Below are positions 18,232 through 27,547 of a stretch of 64,000 bases of DNA, one piece after another. The stretch is from the NCBI GenBank assembly GCA_903960915.1, contig CAJCCO010000043.1, positions 6,574 through 70,573 on the forward strand, written 5' to 3'. The stretch comes from an uncultured beta proteobacterium (GTDB taxonomy: Bacteria > Pseudomonadota > Gammaproteobacteria > Burkholderiales > Burkholderiaceae_C). The first letter of the stretch is position 1. Every line of letters begins with the position of its first letter. A program made the translations under genes and the position numbers. The notes below the pieces were generated by a model. The model saw only the letters and a list, made by a program, of their open reading frames with translations, was not told the origin of the DNA and searched no databases.

Positions 18232-19272
18232 ATGGTCATGTTTGCAAAAAACGCCTGGTATGTTGCCGCTACGTCAGCCGAGCTGCAGGCCAAGCCCTTG
18301 GGACGAATGGTCTGCAGCGAGCGCATCGTTTTTTACCGGGGTGAAGAAAACCGCGTGGCGGCCCTGGAAGATTTTTGCCCGCACCGGGGGGCGCCCTTGT
18401 CGCTGGGCACCGTCTGCGAAGGCAAGCTGGTGTGTGGCTACCACGGCCTGGAGATGGGCTGCGATGGCAAGACAGTGGCCATGCCCGGTCAACGCGTGGG
18501 TGGGTTCCCGGCCATTCGCAGCTATCCGGTGGCCGAGCGCTACGGCTTTATCTGGGTCTGGCCAGGCCAGGCCGATCTGGCCGACCCCGGCACCATTCCG
18601 GTCCAGGCATGGCACAAACACCCGGAGTGGGCTTTTGGTGGCGGCCTGTACCACATCCATTGCGGATACCGGCTGATGGTGGACAACCTGATGGACCTGA
18701 CGCATGAAACCTATGTGCACGCCAGCAGCATCGGACAAAAGGAAATTGACGACACGCCCTGCAAAACCACGGTGGAAGGCGACATGGTGGTGACCAGTCG
18801 TTTCATGAACGGCATTGAAGCCCCGCCGTTTTGGAAGCAGGCCCTGCGCGGGCACGGACTGGCCGATGACGTGCCGGTGGACCGCTGGCAAATCTGCCGC
18901 TTCACGCCGCCCAGCCACGTGATGATTGAAGTGGGCGTGGCGCACGCTGGCAAGGGCGGCTACGACGCGCCCAACGAGCACAAGGTGTACAGCGTGGTGG
19001 TGGATTTCATCACCCCTGAAACTGAAACTTCTATCTGGTATTTCTGGGGCATGGCGCGCAAGTTCAACCCCCAGGATCAGAACCTGACGGCGGCCATTCG
19101 TGAAGGGCAAGGCAACATCTTCAGCGAAGACCGGCAAATGCTGGAGCGCCAGCAACAAAATATGCTGGCCTGGCCCGGACGTGCGCTGCTCAAGCTCAAC
19201 ATTGATGCTGGTGGCATACAGGCCAGAAAAATCATGGACCGCCAGGTGGCGCTAGAGACGAAGGTTGCATGA
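18232..19272 (+). CDS. Rieske [2Fe-2S] non-heme-iron oxygenase, VanA/phthalate-family oxygenase component
   Basis: Rieske motif CPHRGAPLSLG...CGYHG and a mononuclear iron region NLMDLTHETYVH. Size is 346 aa, with a 4-nt overlap with the reductase gene. Confidence 0.85.
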   Translation: MVMFAKNAWYVAATSAELQAKPLGRMVCSERIVFYRGEENRVAALEDFCPHRGAPLSLGTVCEGKLVCGYHGLEMGCDGKTVAMPGQRVGGFPAIRSYPVAERYGFIWVWPGQADLADPGTIPVQAWHKHPEWAFGGGLYHIHCGYRLMVDNLMDLTHETYVHASSIGQKEIDDTPCKTTVEGDMVVTSRFMNGIEAPPFWKQALRGHGLADDVPVDRWQICRFTPPSHVMIEVGVAHAGKGGYDAPNEHKVYSVVVDFITPETETSIWYFWGMARKFNPQDQNLTAAIREGQGNIFSEDRQMLERQQQNMLAWPGRALLKLNIDAGGIQARKIMDRQVALETKVA

Positions 19273-20237
19273 GCCACCCCTCTACCCTGACCGTGCGCGT
19301 GGCGCGCAAGCAGCGCGAAGCGCTTGACATTGACAGTTTTGAACTGGTCGCTGCCAATGGCGAACCCTTGCCTGTGTTCACCGCCGGCGCCCACGTGGAC
19401 GTGCATCTGCCCGGGGGCCTGCTGCGGCAATATTCCTTATGCAACCCACCGGGCGAAACGCACCGTTACCAGATTGCCGTCTTGCGCGATGCCCATTCGC
19501 GCGGCGGCTCGCAAGCCATGCATGACCTGGTGAAGGCGGGCGACACGCTGCAGATCAGCTCGCCGCGCAACCACTTTGAGCTGGTGCCAGATGCGCAGCG
19601 CCATGTGCTGTTGGCCGGGGGTATTGGCGTTACGCCCCTTTTGTGCATGGCTGAGCAACTGGTCAGCACGGCTGCCAACTTTGAGCTGCATTACTGCGTC
19701 CGCTCGCGCGAGCGCACTGCGTTTGAGGCGCGCATTGCCAACTCCAGGCTTGCCCCGCACGTCAAATTTCATTGGGACGACGGCCCGGCGTAAGACCGGT
19801 TGGCGCTTGACGTCTTGCTGTCGCAGCCGCAAGCCGGCGTGCATGTGTATGTCTGTGGCCCCAAGGGTTTCATGGACGCGGTGCTGGGCGCTGCCCGTGG
19901 CAAGGGCTGGCCTGAGCAGCAGCTCCACTGCGAGTTTTTTACTGGTGAGGCCGTGCGCCCAGGAGACGCCAACAGCTTTGAAGTGCAGTTGGCCAGCAGC
20001 GGCCGCGTGGTGCGCGTCCCCGCAGACCAAACCGTGGTGCAGGCCCTGGCTGCCTGTGGCATTGAGATCCAGACCTCGTGTGAGCAGGGCGTGTGTGGCA
20101 CTTGTTTGACGCGCGTACTCGAAGGCGAGCCTGACCACAAAGACCTGTACCTGACGCCCGAAGAGCACGCCGCCAACGACCAGTTCCTGCCCTGTTGCTC
20201 CAGAGCCCAGTCAGCGCGTCTGGTGCTTGACCTTTAA
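19269..20237 (+). pseudogene. VanB/PDR-type oxidoreductase (FMN/NAD-binding + plant-type 2Fe-2S ferredoxin) interrupted by an in-frame TAA
   Basis: ORFs 19269-19793 and 19800-20237 are in the same frame. The sequence reads GAC GAC GGC CCG GCG TAA GAC CGG TTG GCG CTT GAC. The N-part carries RQYSLCN and LLAGGIGVTPL; the C-part carries VYVCGP and CEQGVCGTC. Confidence 0.7.
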
Positions 20238-20334
20238 CGGCCCCGAGTAATTGTTGGTGCCGAGCCTGCGCCAGTAAATACAAATCAGGCCAAGTTTTTT
20301 ATGTGCCCACGTCGCAAGGTGGGCTCAATGCTAT

Positions 20335-20829
20335 TCAGTCCACTTGGGCTAAAGCAAACTTCACCACTTGGTCGCTCAGCCAGATGCCTTGGTTTTGCAT
20401 ACGCTGCAAGGCCTGCGCAATTGACACCTCAAAACCCAGCTGCCGGGCCTTGAGCAAGATGCCCACGGAGCCAGTTACATCAAGCCCACACAGGCGCGCA
20501 ACACGTCTGCCCGCTGCTTCGTCAATGCAGGCCAGTGGCAGGCCCATATTCATGGCGGTTTGAATGACCGACGCTTCGCCCCGGTCAAGGGAATTTCTCA
20601 AAAAAGGTTGCAACGAAACTTCCGCCATTTGGATGTCCAGCCACTCGGCACCATTGAAAACGTCCAGCCCAAACGACTGCTTGCCACCCACGCGCACCTC
20701 TTCGGCAACTTCCAGCGGAACGACGACGCGCGCATACAAGTAATTCAGAATGTCTAAATTACCGGTGGCTGCGGTTAACGCAATCAGCGGCGTGGTGTTG
20801 GTAACCAGTACCGGCTTGGGCTCACGCAT
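20335..20829 (-). CDS. DUF3368 PIN-like toxin
   Basis: VLVTNTTPLIALTAATGNLDILNYLY...VVVPLEVAEEV is the DUF3368/PIN-like N-terminus. Start chosen at the ATG at 20829, overlapping the antitoxin stop by 8 nt. Confidence 0.7.
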   Translation of the reverse strand: MREPKPVLVTNTTPLIALTAATGNLDILNYLYARVVVPLEVAEEVRVGGKQSFGLDVFNGAEWLDIQMAEVSLQPFLRNSLDRGEASVIQTAMNMGLPLACIDEAAGRRVARLCGLDVTGSVGILLKARQLGFEVSIAQALQRMQNQGIWLSDQVVKFALAQVD

Positions 20830-21070
20830 GGCCGATGTCCTGCGCCAGCTCATCCGCATCCAGATCGATCATGGGCACGCCAAATCGCTGAAGTTGTGCC
20901 AAAAAAGTCACCCGGTCCATACCAATCAGGCTGGCGGCCATGCCGGAGGACAGGCGTTTCATTTCAAACAGCTTGGAGGCCATGGCCAGTTTGGCCTCTT
21001 GCGCAAAGTCGTCTGGCCCGCGGTGCATGGCATCGAGGTAACTATTAGGGACATCAACAATGATTTGCAT
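20822..21070 (-). CDS. UPF0175 family antitoxin
   Basis: 82 aa. The sequence ...AKLAMASKLFEMKRLSSGMAASLIGMDRVTFLAQLQRFGVPMIDLD is typical of UPF0175. It lies upstream of and overlaps the DUF3368 gene. Confidence 0.7.
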   Translation of the reverse strand: MQIIVDVPNSYLDAMHRGPDDFAQEAKLAMASKLFEMKRLSSGMAASLIGMDRVTFLAQLQRFGVPMIDLDADELAQDIGHA

Positions 21071-21283
21071 GGTGGCTCCATTGAATGTAGGGCTGCATGA
21101 TTACCCTTCCGGAAAAGATCGAGCGCATAAACGGTATTTTGCCTGCTAATGCTAGTCTGCTCTAAGGTGGTGGCGTTACAGGGCGTCTAGGTGAGCAAAA
21201 CAATTCATTCGGTCAAAAAAAGCTGCGCGGTATTGAAGTGGCAGACGATCAGGCCACGCGTCTGCAGCAAGCCAACCTATGCC

Positions 21284-21991
21284 TCACCAAGGCAGCGCCG
21301 CCCCATCGTGGTTGAAGAAGCCGCCTGAGTCGGCGGGTTGCAGTTGCGCCAGCACGGCCAGCAGGCGTTGCGCGGCCACTTGCGGCGAGACCACGGACAA
21401 GCCGGTTTTTGCAAAGGGCGCAGACAGGTCGCTGTGTACCGTGCCGGGGTGCAGCGCCACGCACAAGGCGTGCGGCTGGCGGCGCTGGAGTTCGATGGCG
21501 GCGGTGCGCACCAACTGGTTGAGCGCGGCCTTGCTGGCGCGGTAGCTGTACCAGCCACCCAGGCGGTTGTCGCCAATGCTGCCCACTTTGGCAGACAGGG
21601 TGGCCAGCACGCTGGGGCCTGACGCGTCGAGCAGCGGTAAAAAATATTTCATCAACAGGGCCGGGCCAATGGCGTTGAGGGCGAAGACGCGGGCCATCTG
21701 GCTGGGGTCTATCTGGCGCCAGCTTTTTTCGGGCTGGTGCTGGCTGTCGTGCAAAAAACCGGTGGCGTCTATGACCAGTCGCAGCGGCAGTTTTGTGCTG
21801 GCCACATAGGCGGCCGCCGCAGCGATGCTGGCCTCGTCCAGCAAATCCAGCGCGGGTTGCGATTGGCGCGACAAACCCAGTACCTGAGTAAAGCGTGTGT
21901 CGGTTTGCAGTTGCTGCACCAGGGCTGCACCGAGCGCGCCGCTGGCGCCAATCACCACGGCCAGGCCATCACTTGACGCGTTGGTGTTCAA
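21284..21991 (-). CDS. SDR family oxidoreductase
   Basis: 235 aa with cofactor motif [11 protein letters not shown] and catalytic YSYRASK (YxxxK). Confidence 0.8.
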   Translation of the reverse strand: MNTNASSDGLAVVIGASGALGAALVQQLQTDTRFTQVLGLSRQSQPALDLLDEASIAAAAAYVASTKLPLRLVIDATGFLHDSQHQPEKSWRQIDPSQMARVFALNAIGPALLMKYFLPLLDASGPSVLATLSAKVGSIGDNRLGGWYSYRASKAALNQLVRTAAIELQRRQPHALCVALHPGTVHSDLSAPFAKTGLSVVSPQVAAQRLLAVLAQLQPADSGGFFNHDGAALPW

Positions 21992-21994
21992 GGT

Positions 21995-22933
21995 TCAGTG
22001 CCCGATTGACGTTGGCATGAAAAACGCTGCCAGTTGCGCCGCCGTGTCTTGTGGCAACTCTTCGGGAATGAAATGCCCGGCAGGCAGGGCATGGCCGGTG
22101 ACCTGCGCAGCGCACTGCGCCTGCCACAGCGCCAGAGGCTGAAACAGCCGTTGCACCACACCGCGTTCGCCCCACAGCACCAGGGTGTCGCACATGATCT
22201 TGCCTAGGCCGTTGGCTTGGGCCGCGCGGCTGTCACGGTCGTGCACCAGGTCGATGCTGGCACTGGCCCGGTAGTCCTCGCACAGGGCGTGAATGGTGGC
22301 GCTTTGGCAAAAGCAGCGCTCGTACTCAGCCAGCGCAGCAGGCTCAAATGTGGTGGCGCCCTGGTATCCCCAGGCCCCTAGCGTGGCGTGCAAGTAGGCC
22401 TTGGGGTTGCCGCCAATCATGTTCTCGGGCAGAGGCTGGGGTTGGATCAAATGGAACCAGTGGTAGTAGGCTTTGGCAAATTCAAAGTCGGTGGCGGCGT
22501 ACATGTCCAACGTGGGCGCAATGTCGATCACGCACAGGCGCTGCACGCGGGTGGGGTGGTCCAGCGCCAGTCGGTGCGCCACGCGGCCTCCCCGGTCGTG
22601 GCCACACACGCCAAATTGCGGCACGCCCAGGGCGTCCATCAGCGCCACCATGTCTTGAGCCAGTGCGCGCTTGCTGTAGTTGCTGTGGTCGGGCAAGCCC
22701 GGTGCTTTGCTGGAGTCGCCGTAGCCGCGCAGGTCGGGCATGACCAGATAAAAGTCCTGCTGCAGGCGCTGCGCCACCCGGTGCCACATCACATGGGTTT
22801 GCGGAAAGCCGTGCAGGAGCAACAGCACGGGGCGGCCGTCTGGCTGACCCTGGGCGATGCGGGCATTGATTTGCACGCCGTTGACGTCAAAGCGGCGTTG
22901 TTCAAAGTGCTCAAACCAGGGGATCGTCTTCAT
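21995..22933 (-). CDS. Alpha/beta hydrolase, haloacetate dehalogenase/epoxide-hydrolase-like
   Basis: 312 aa. LLLLHGFPQTHVMWHRV and the nucleophile region VCGHDRGGRVAHRLA resemble Asp-nucleophile haloacetate dehalogenase H-1-type enzymes. Confidence 0.7.
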   Translation of the reverse strand: MKTIPWFEHFEQRRFDVNGVQINARIAQGQPDGRPVLLLLHGFPQTHVMWHRVAQRLQQDFYLVMPDLRGYGDSSKAPGLPDHSNYSKRALAQDMVALMDALGVPQFGVCGHDRGGRVAHRLALDHPTRVQRLCVIDIAPTLDMYAATDFEFAKAYYHWFHLIQPQPLPENMIGGNPKAYLHATLGAWGYQGATTFEPAALAEYERCFCQSATIHALCEDYRASASIDLVHDRDSRAAQANGLGKIMCDTLVLWGERGVVQRLFQPLALWQAQCAAQVTGHALPAGHFIPEELPQDTAAQLAAFFMPTSIGH

Positions 22934-22967
22934 GCCAGGTCTTTCTTTGGGGTGGGGCGGCGGTTGG

Positions 22968-23570
22968 CTAGTTGGCCAGCAGCAAGCCGGCCAGGCTCAG
23001 CATGGTCAGCGCGATCAGGCTGTCAAGCACGCGCCAGGCGGTCACGGTCTGGAACAGGGGGGCCAGCCAGCGCGAGCCAAACCCGAGTGCGCCAAACCAG
23101 CACAGGCTGGCCGTGCAGGCGCCCCAGCCAAACAGCCAGCGCCCGGCTTCTGGCCGCTGGTTGGCGAGGGTACCCAGCAGCACCACGGTGTCCAGGTAGA
23201 CGTGGGGGTTCAAAAAGGTGAAGCCAAAACAGGTCAGCAAGGCTGCGAACAAGGTCACGCTTTGACCCGCTTCCAACTGCAGTTGTTGGCCGCGCCAGGC
23301 GCGCAGTGCCGCCTGCACGCCGTACGCCCCCAGAAACAGGGCGCCGCCCCAGCGCGTGAGGCTGAGCAGCAAGGCGTTGCCCTGCACCAGCGCGCCGGCG
23401 CCGCTGATGCCGGCCCAAATCAGCAGGGCATCAGACAAGGCGCAAAACAGCACCACAGCCAGCACATGCTCGCGCCGTATGCCTTGGCGCAGCACAAAAG
23501 CGTTTTGTGACCCAATGGCCACGATCAGCGCCAGTCCGCTGGCAAAGCCAGCTGCCAGGTCGGCACTCAT
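22968..23570 (-). CDS. LysE/ArgO family amino acid exporter
   Basis: From the internal ATG at 23570: MSADLAAGFASGLALIVAIGSQNAFVLRQGIRREH, the canonical ArgO/LysE N-terminus. About six hydrophobic segments follow. The upstream Cys/Arg-rich extension in the track is implausible. Confidence 0.8.
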   Translation of the reverse strand: MSADLAAGFASGLALIVAIGSQNAFVLRQGIRREHVLAVVLFCALSDALLIWAGISGAGALVQGNALLLSLTRWGGALFLGAYGVQAALRAWRGQQLQLEAGQSVTLFAALLTCFGFTFLNPHVYLDTVVLLGTLANQRPEAGRWLFGWGACTASLCWFGALGFGSRWLAPLFQTVTAWRVLDSLIALTMLSLAGLLLAN

Positions 23571-24094
23571 GCCGCAGGCTGCGTCTGTGGGGTGAGCAAT
23601 TGCACCAGCCGTGTCAGGGCATGCTGCACGGTGGCATCGCGCACAGCCGCACGGTCGCCGGCAAACCAGCATTTTTCGGTGACGACTTGCCCTGGCAGCG
23701 CAAAGCCAAACCACACGGTGCCCACGGGTTTGGCCGGACTGCCGCCTGTGGGGCCGGCCACGCCGGTCACGGCGACGGCCACCTGCGCCTTGGCATGCGC
23801 CAGCGCACCTTGCGCCATGGCGCGTGCCACGCCTTCGCAGACGGCGCCAGCGCGGCGCAGCAAGCGCTCCTCCACGCCCAGCAGTTCCATCTTGGCGTCG
23901 TTTGAGTAGGTGACAAAACCACGCTCAAACCAGGCGCTGGAGCCGGCCAGGTCGGTACAGGCCGCTGCAATCATGCCGCCGGTACAACTCTCGGCGGTGA
24001 CCAGGCGCAAGCCTTGCTGCAGCAGTGCCGTGGCGAGCTGCCCGGTCAGCACGGGCAGGGTAGGTGGGGTTGAGTTCATGTCACGTATCTCCAA
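23567..24094 (-). CDS. CinA-family protein (nicotinamide-nucleotide amidohydrolase PncC-type domain)
   Basis: LRLVTAESCTGGMIAAACTDLAGSSAWFERGFVTYSNDAK is the CinA C-terminal domain signature. The true start may be the ATG at 24079. Confidence 0.8.
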   Translation of the reverse strand: MEIRDMNSTPPTLPVLTGQLATALLQQGLRLVTAESCTGGMIAAACTDLAGSSAWFERGFVTYSNDAKMELLGVEERLLRRAGAVCEGVARAMAQGALAHAKAQVAVAVTGVAGPTGGSPAKPVGTVWFGFALPGQVVTEKCWFAGDRAAVRDATVQHALTRLVQLLTPQTQPAA

Positions 24095-24666
24095 AGTGCG
24101 ATGACCAGCAGCGTGCAGGCGGCAGCCACCACGTCATCGAGCATGATGCCAAAGCCGGCCTTGCGCCAGGCGGCGGGGTCGGTGTCAGGTTGGACGTCAT
24201 GAAACAACTGGTCGGCCCAGCCCACCGGGCCGGGTTTGACGGCATCAAAAAACCGAAACAGCGCAAAGGCGGCCAGCTGGCCCCACCAGCCGGTGGGGGT
24301 GACCAGCCACAGCACCAGCCAGAAGGCCACCACTTCGTCCCACACCACGCAGCTCGGGTCGAGCACGCGCAGGTTGCGGGCGGTGACGGTGCTGGCCCAC
24401 CAGCCCAAGGGCAGCGAGAGGCCAATGAGCAGCGCCCAGCGGGTGTCGTTCATCCAGGGTTGCAAGGCCAAAAAAGCCAGCCAGGCCCACAGGGTGCCCG
24501 CCGTGCCGGGCGCCAGCGGGCTCAGGCCCGAGCCAAAGCCCAGGGCAATGAAGTGCGCGGGGTGCGAACGCATGAAACGCGAGTTGGGGCGCACTGGGGG
24601 CGTCAGCACGGGCGCCGTTGGTGGCGCCGGAGCCGGGGTAGCTGAGGGGGCGTCGTGTTCAAGCAT
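24076..24666 (-). CDS. pgpA: Phosphatidylglycerophosphatase A
   Basis: FIALGFGSGLSPLAPGTAGTLWAWL...GWWASTVTARNL...DPSCVVWDEVVAFW is PgpA-like. It follows thiL as usual. Start chosen at the ATG at 24666. Confidence 0.8.
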   Translation of the reverse strand: MLEHDAPSATPAPAPPTAPVLTPPVRPNSRFMRSHPAHFIALGFGSGLSPLAPGTAGTLWAWLAFLALQPWMNDTRWALLIGLSLPLGWWASTVTARNLRVLDPSCVVWDEVVAFWLVLWLVTPTGWWGQLAAFALFRFFDAVKPGPVGWADQLFHDVQPDTDPAAWRKAGFGIMLDDVVAAACTLLVIALWRYVT

Positions 24667-24723
24667 CAGGGGATTATCCGGGGGCGGCGGGAGTCCATGG
24701 GGGCAGCCGCGGCGCATCCTGGT

Positions 24724-25731
24724 TTAGGCAAAGTGGTCAAACGAGGCGAAGGTGTTGGGCAGCGGCTGGCCATGTTCGTCCAACAGCCGCAAGCCGCGTT
24801 CGGCTTCAATCTGGCCAATGCGGGTCACGGGGGTTTGGGCACGCAGCGCCGCCTGCGCCACCTGCGCACGCTGGGCAGGCGCGGCGGTAAACAGCAGTTC
24901 GTAATCGTCGCCCCCGGCCAAGGTCCAGCCCAGCAGACGGGCTTTGGAGAGTGGGGTATCTGGTTCGCTAAGCCAAGGCACCAAGGCACGCCAGCTGGCC
25001 AAGCGCTGCAGCACCACGTCGGTGTGCACCACGGCGCCTACGCCAGACTGTTGCAGCACATGGCCCAAGTCGCCCAGTAGGCCGTCGCTTACGTCAATGG
25101 CCGCTGTGGCCACGCCGCGCAGGGCCAGGCCCAGGGCCACGCGCGGGGTGGGTGCTTGCAGCCGGGTGCGGGCTGCTTTCAGCACAGCGGGTGGCACGCT
25201 GAGCTGGCCTTGCAAGACCTCCAGCGCCAAGCGGGCATCGCCCAGGGTGCCGCTGACGTACAGGTCGTCACCGGCCTGGGCGCCCGAGCGCAGCAGGGCT
25301 AGCGTGCGCCCGTTGATCACCGGCACTTCGCCAAACACGGTGATGCAGATGTTGAGCGGACCTTGCGTGGTGTCACCGCCCACCAGCTCGCAGCCGTGCA
25401 GGTCAGCCAGTGCCAGCAAGCCTTGCGCAAACGGCGCCAGCCAGGCTTCGCGGGCTTCAGGCAGGGCCAGCGCCAGGGTGAAGGCGACGGGTTGGGCGCC
25501 ACAGGCCGCCAGGTCGCTCAGGTTGACGGCCAGGGCTTTGTGGCCGAGTTGGCCGGGGTCGGTGTCGGGAAAGAAATGGCGGCCAGCCACCAGCATGTCG
25601 GTGGAGATGGCCCACTGGGTGCCGGGGCGGGGCTGCAAGACAGCGCAGTCGTCGCCTACACCCACCACCGCGTGCGGCGTGGGGCGCTTGAAGAAGCGTG
25701 CAATCAGGTCAAACTCGCCCAGCGGCTGCAT
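24724..25731 (-). CDS. thiL: Thiamine-monophosphate kinase
   Basis: 335 aa. GEFDLIARFF...VGVGDDCAVL...ISTDMLVAGRHF is the ThiL N-terminal signature. Confidence 0.9.
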   Translation of the reverse strand: MQPLGEFDLIARFFKRPTPHAVVGVGDDCAVLQPRPGTQWAISTDMLVAGRHFFPDTDPGQLGHKALAVNLSDLAACGAQPVAFTLALALPEAREAWLAPFAQGLLALADLHGCELVGGDTTQGPLNICITVFGEVPVINGRTLALLRSGAQAGDDLYVSGTLGDARLALEVLQGQLSVPPAVLKAARTRLQAPTPRVALGLALRGVATAAIDVSDGLLGDLGHVLQQSGVGAVVHTDVVLQRLASWRALVPWLSEPDTPLSKARLLGWTLAGGDDYELLFTAAPAQRAQVAQAALRAQTPVTRIGQIEAERGLRLLDEHGQPLPNTFASFDHFA

Positions 25732-25738
25732 GCCGGGC

Positions 25739-26131
25739 TCAGTGCAGGGTGCGGGTGCCGCCGCTGGGGCTCAGGGCGTCGAGCACAAACATGGGGATGT
25801 CGGTGTCAAATTTTTCGCCATCTTCAGCCATGCAGAAAAAGCTGCCGTGCATGGTGCCGGTGGGCGTGCGCAGGCGCGTGCCACTGGTGTACTCAAAGGC
25901 CTGGCCGGGCTTGAGCAGCGGCTGCTGGCCCACCACACCCAGGCCGCGCACGCGCTCGGTGTGGCCGTTGGCGTCGTTGACATTCCAGGTGCGCGAAATC
26001 AGTTGCGCCGCCACCTGGCCTGTATTGGTGATGGTGATGGTGTACGAGAAGACATACAGCGCCTGCTCCGGTGAGGATTGCTCGGTGATGTAACTGGGCG
26101 TGACTTCCACGCGAAATTGATATTTGGACAT
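25739..26131 (-). CDS. apaG: ApaG protein
   Basis: 130 aa. [13 protein letters not shown]...[42 protein letters not shown] matches the ApaG/DUF525 fold. Confidence 0.9.
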   Translation of the reverse strand: MSKYQFRVEVTPSYITEQSSPEQALYVFSYTITITNTGQVAAQLISRTWNVNDANGHTERVRGLGVVGQQPLLKPGQAFEYTSGTRLRTPTGTMHGSFFCMAEDGEKFDTDIPMFVLDALSPSGGTRTLH

Positions 26132-26217
26132 GCTTGAATGCTACCTGCGAAAATACCTGGGTTCATCGACCCCGGTTGATTCCCTTTGATCCCCTACGAA
26201 TTAATAAGTCTGACCCC

Positions 26218-26895
26218 ATGACCTACCGTATTGCCCCTTCTATTTTGTCCGCCGATTTTGCCCGTCTGGGCGATGAAGTCAAAAACGTGATTGCCGCCGG
26301 CAGCGACTGGATTCACTTTGACGTGATGGACAACCACTACGTGCCCAACCTGACCTTCGGGCCCATGATTTGCAGCGCCCTCAAACCGCACGCCAAAACT
26401 GCCGCAGGCGTGGCCGTGCCCATTGACGTGCACCTGATGGTGCAGCCGGTAGATGCGCTGGCCAGCGCCTTTGCCGACGCCGGTGCCGACCTCATCAGCT
26501 TTCACCCGGACGCCTCGGGCCATGTGCACCGCAGTATTCAGGTCATCAAGAGCAAGGGCTGCAAGGTGGGACTGGCTTTCAACCCGGCTGAGCCGCTGGA
26601 TGTGCTGGACTGGGTGATTGACGACCTGGACATGGTGCTGATCATGAGCGTCAACCCCGGCTTTGGTGGCCAGAGTTTCATCGACTCGGCACTGCGCAAA
26701 ATTGAAGATGTGCGAAAACGCATCACCGCGACTGGCCGCGATATTCGGCTGGAGGTGGACGGGGGCATCAAGGTGGACAACATTCGCCGCGTGGCCAGCG
26801 CTGGAGCCGACACCTTCGTGGCCGGCAGCGCCATTTTTGGCAAACCCGATTACCAGGCCGTGGTGAACGCCATGCGCCGCGAACTGGCGAGCTGA
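26218..26895 (+). CDS. rpe: Ribulose-phosphate 3-epimerase
   Basis: From the ATG at 26218: [21 protein letters not shown]...[17 protein letters not shown]...[10 protein letters not shown]. The upstream extension in the track is not conserved-looking. Confidence 0.9.
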   Translation: MTYRIAPSILSADFARLGDEVKNVIAAGSDWIHFDVMDNHYVPNLTFGPMICSALKPHAKTAAGVAVPIDVHLMVQPVDALASAFADAGADLISFHPDASGHVHRSIQVIKSKGCKVGLAFNPAEPLDVLDWVIDDLDMVLIMSVNPGFGGQSFIDSALRKIEDVRKRITATGRDIRLEVDGGIKVDNIRRVASAGADTFVAGSAIFGKPDYQAVVNAMRRELAS

Positions 26896-26901
26896 CCCAA
26901 C

Positions 26902-27372
26902 TCAGGGCTTGTCAAGCGGCTTGTCCAGGGGCGGCAGTTCCAGCGTGACCGCCGCAGGCCCCTTGCGACTGGCGCCCAGCACGGCGCTGCGCGCGCTGAC
27001 GGACTGCAACACCAACCCTTGGGCGACCAAGCTGCCCACCCCAAAGGGCTGGGCACTTTGACCATCGACTGCAATCACCGCATACCCGCGGTGGGCGCGG
27101 TCGGCCACGACCCCGGTCAGCTTGAAGCGGCTACTGAGACTTTCTGGCGCGCTTGCCGCAAGCCCTGCTTCGGCTGCACCAGCTCCCAGCAGCCGGGCAA
27201 TGGCCGGCGTATCGGTAGGCGCTGTGCTGGAGGCTACGGGCGCCGCACTGCTCTGCCAGGGGGCGGGTACGCTCCACTTCAGCGCCCAGAACGTCGCGCT
27301 GCCAGCTGCCAGGGCAGCGAGCGCCAAGGTGCTGAGTCGAAGCGGCCAAGGGCCGGAGGGGCGGGAGTGCAT
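26902..27372 (-). CDS. Short GspC-like protein (membrane anchor + HR/secretin-interaction-like domain, no PDZ)
   Basis: 156 aa with N-terminal anchor LSTLALAALAAGSATFWAL. FKLTGVVADRAHRGYAVIAVDGQSAQPFGVGSLVAQGLVLQSVSARSAVL resembles the GspC HR domain pattern (L.L.G.v....aii...g....y.vG..l.....l..i....V.L). Confidence 0.5.
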   Translation of the reverse strand: MHSRPSGPWPLRLSTLALAALAAGSATFWALKWSVPAPWQSSAAPVASSTAPTDTPAIARLLGAGAAEAGLAASAPESLSSRFKLTGVVADRAHRGYAVIAVDGQSAQPFGVGSLVAQGLVLQSVSARSAVLGASRKGPAAVTLELPPLDKPLDKP

Positions 27373-27547
27373 GGCGCGATTATGCCGCCCTTGAGGCCAG
27401 GTTAAAACGCCAGTTTCAAAGGCTGGCGTTTGCGCTGGGACTGGGCTAAAGTCGGGCCTAGTTTTGCACGGACCTGACGCTACGCCGCGCTAAACAGACC
27501 CCCAGAAAAGTTCCGAAGTTTGATACAGAAGTTGGAGAGAAACGCCC

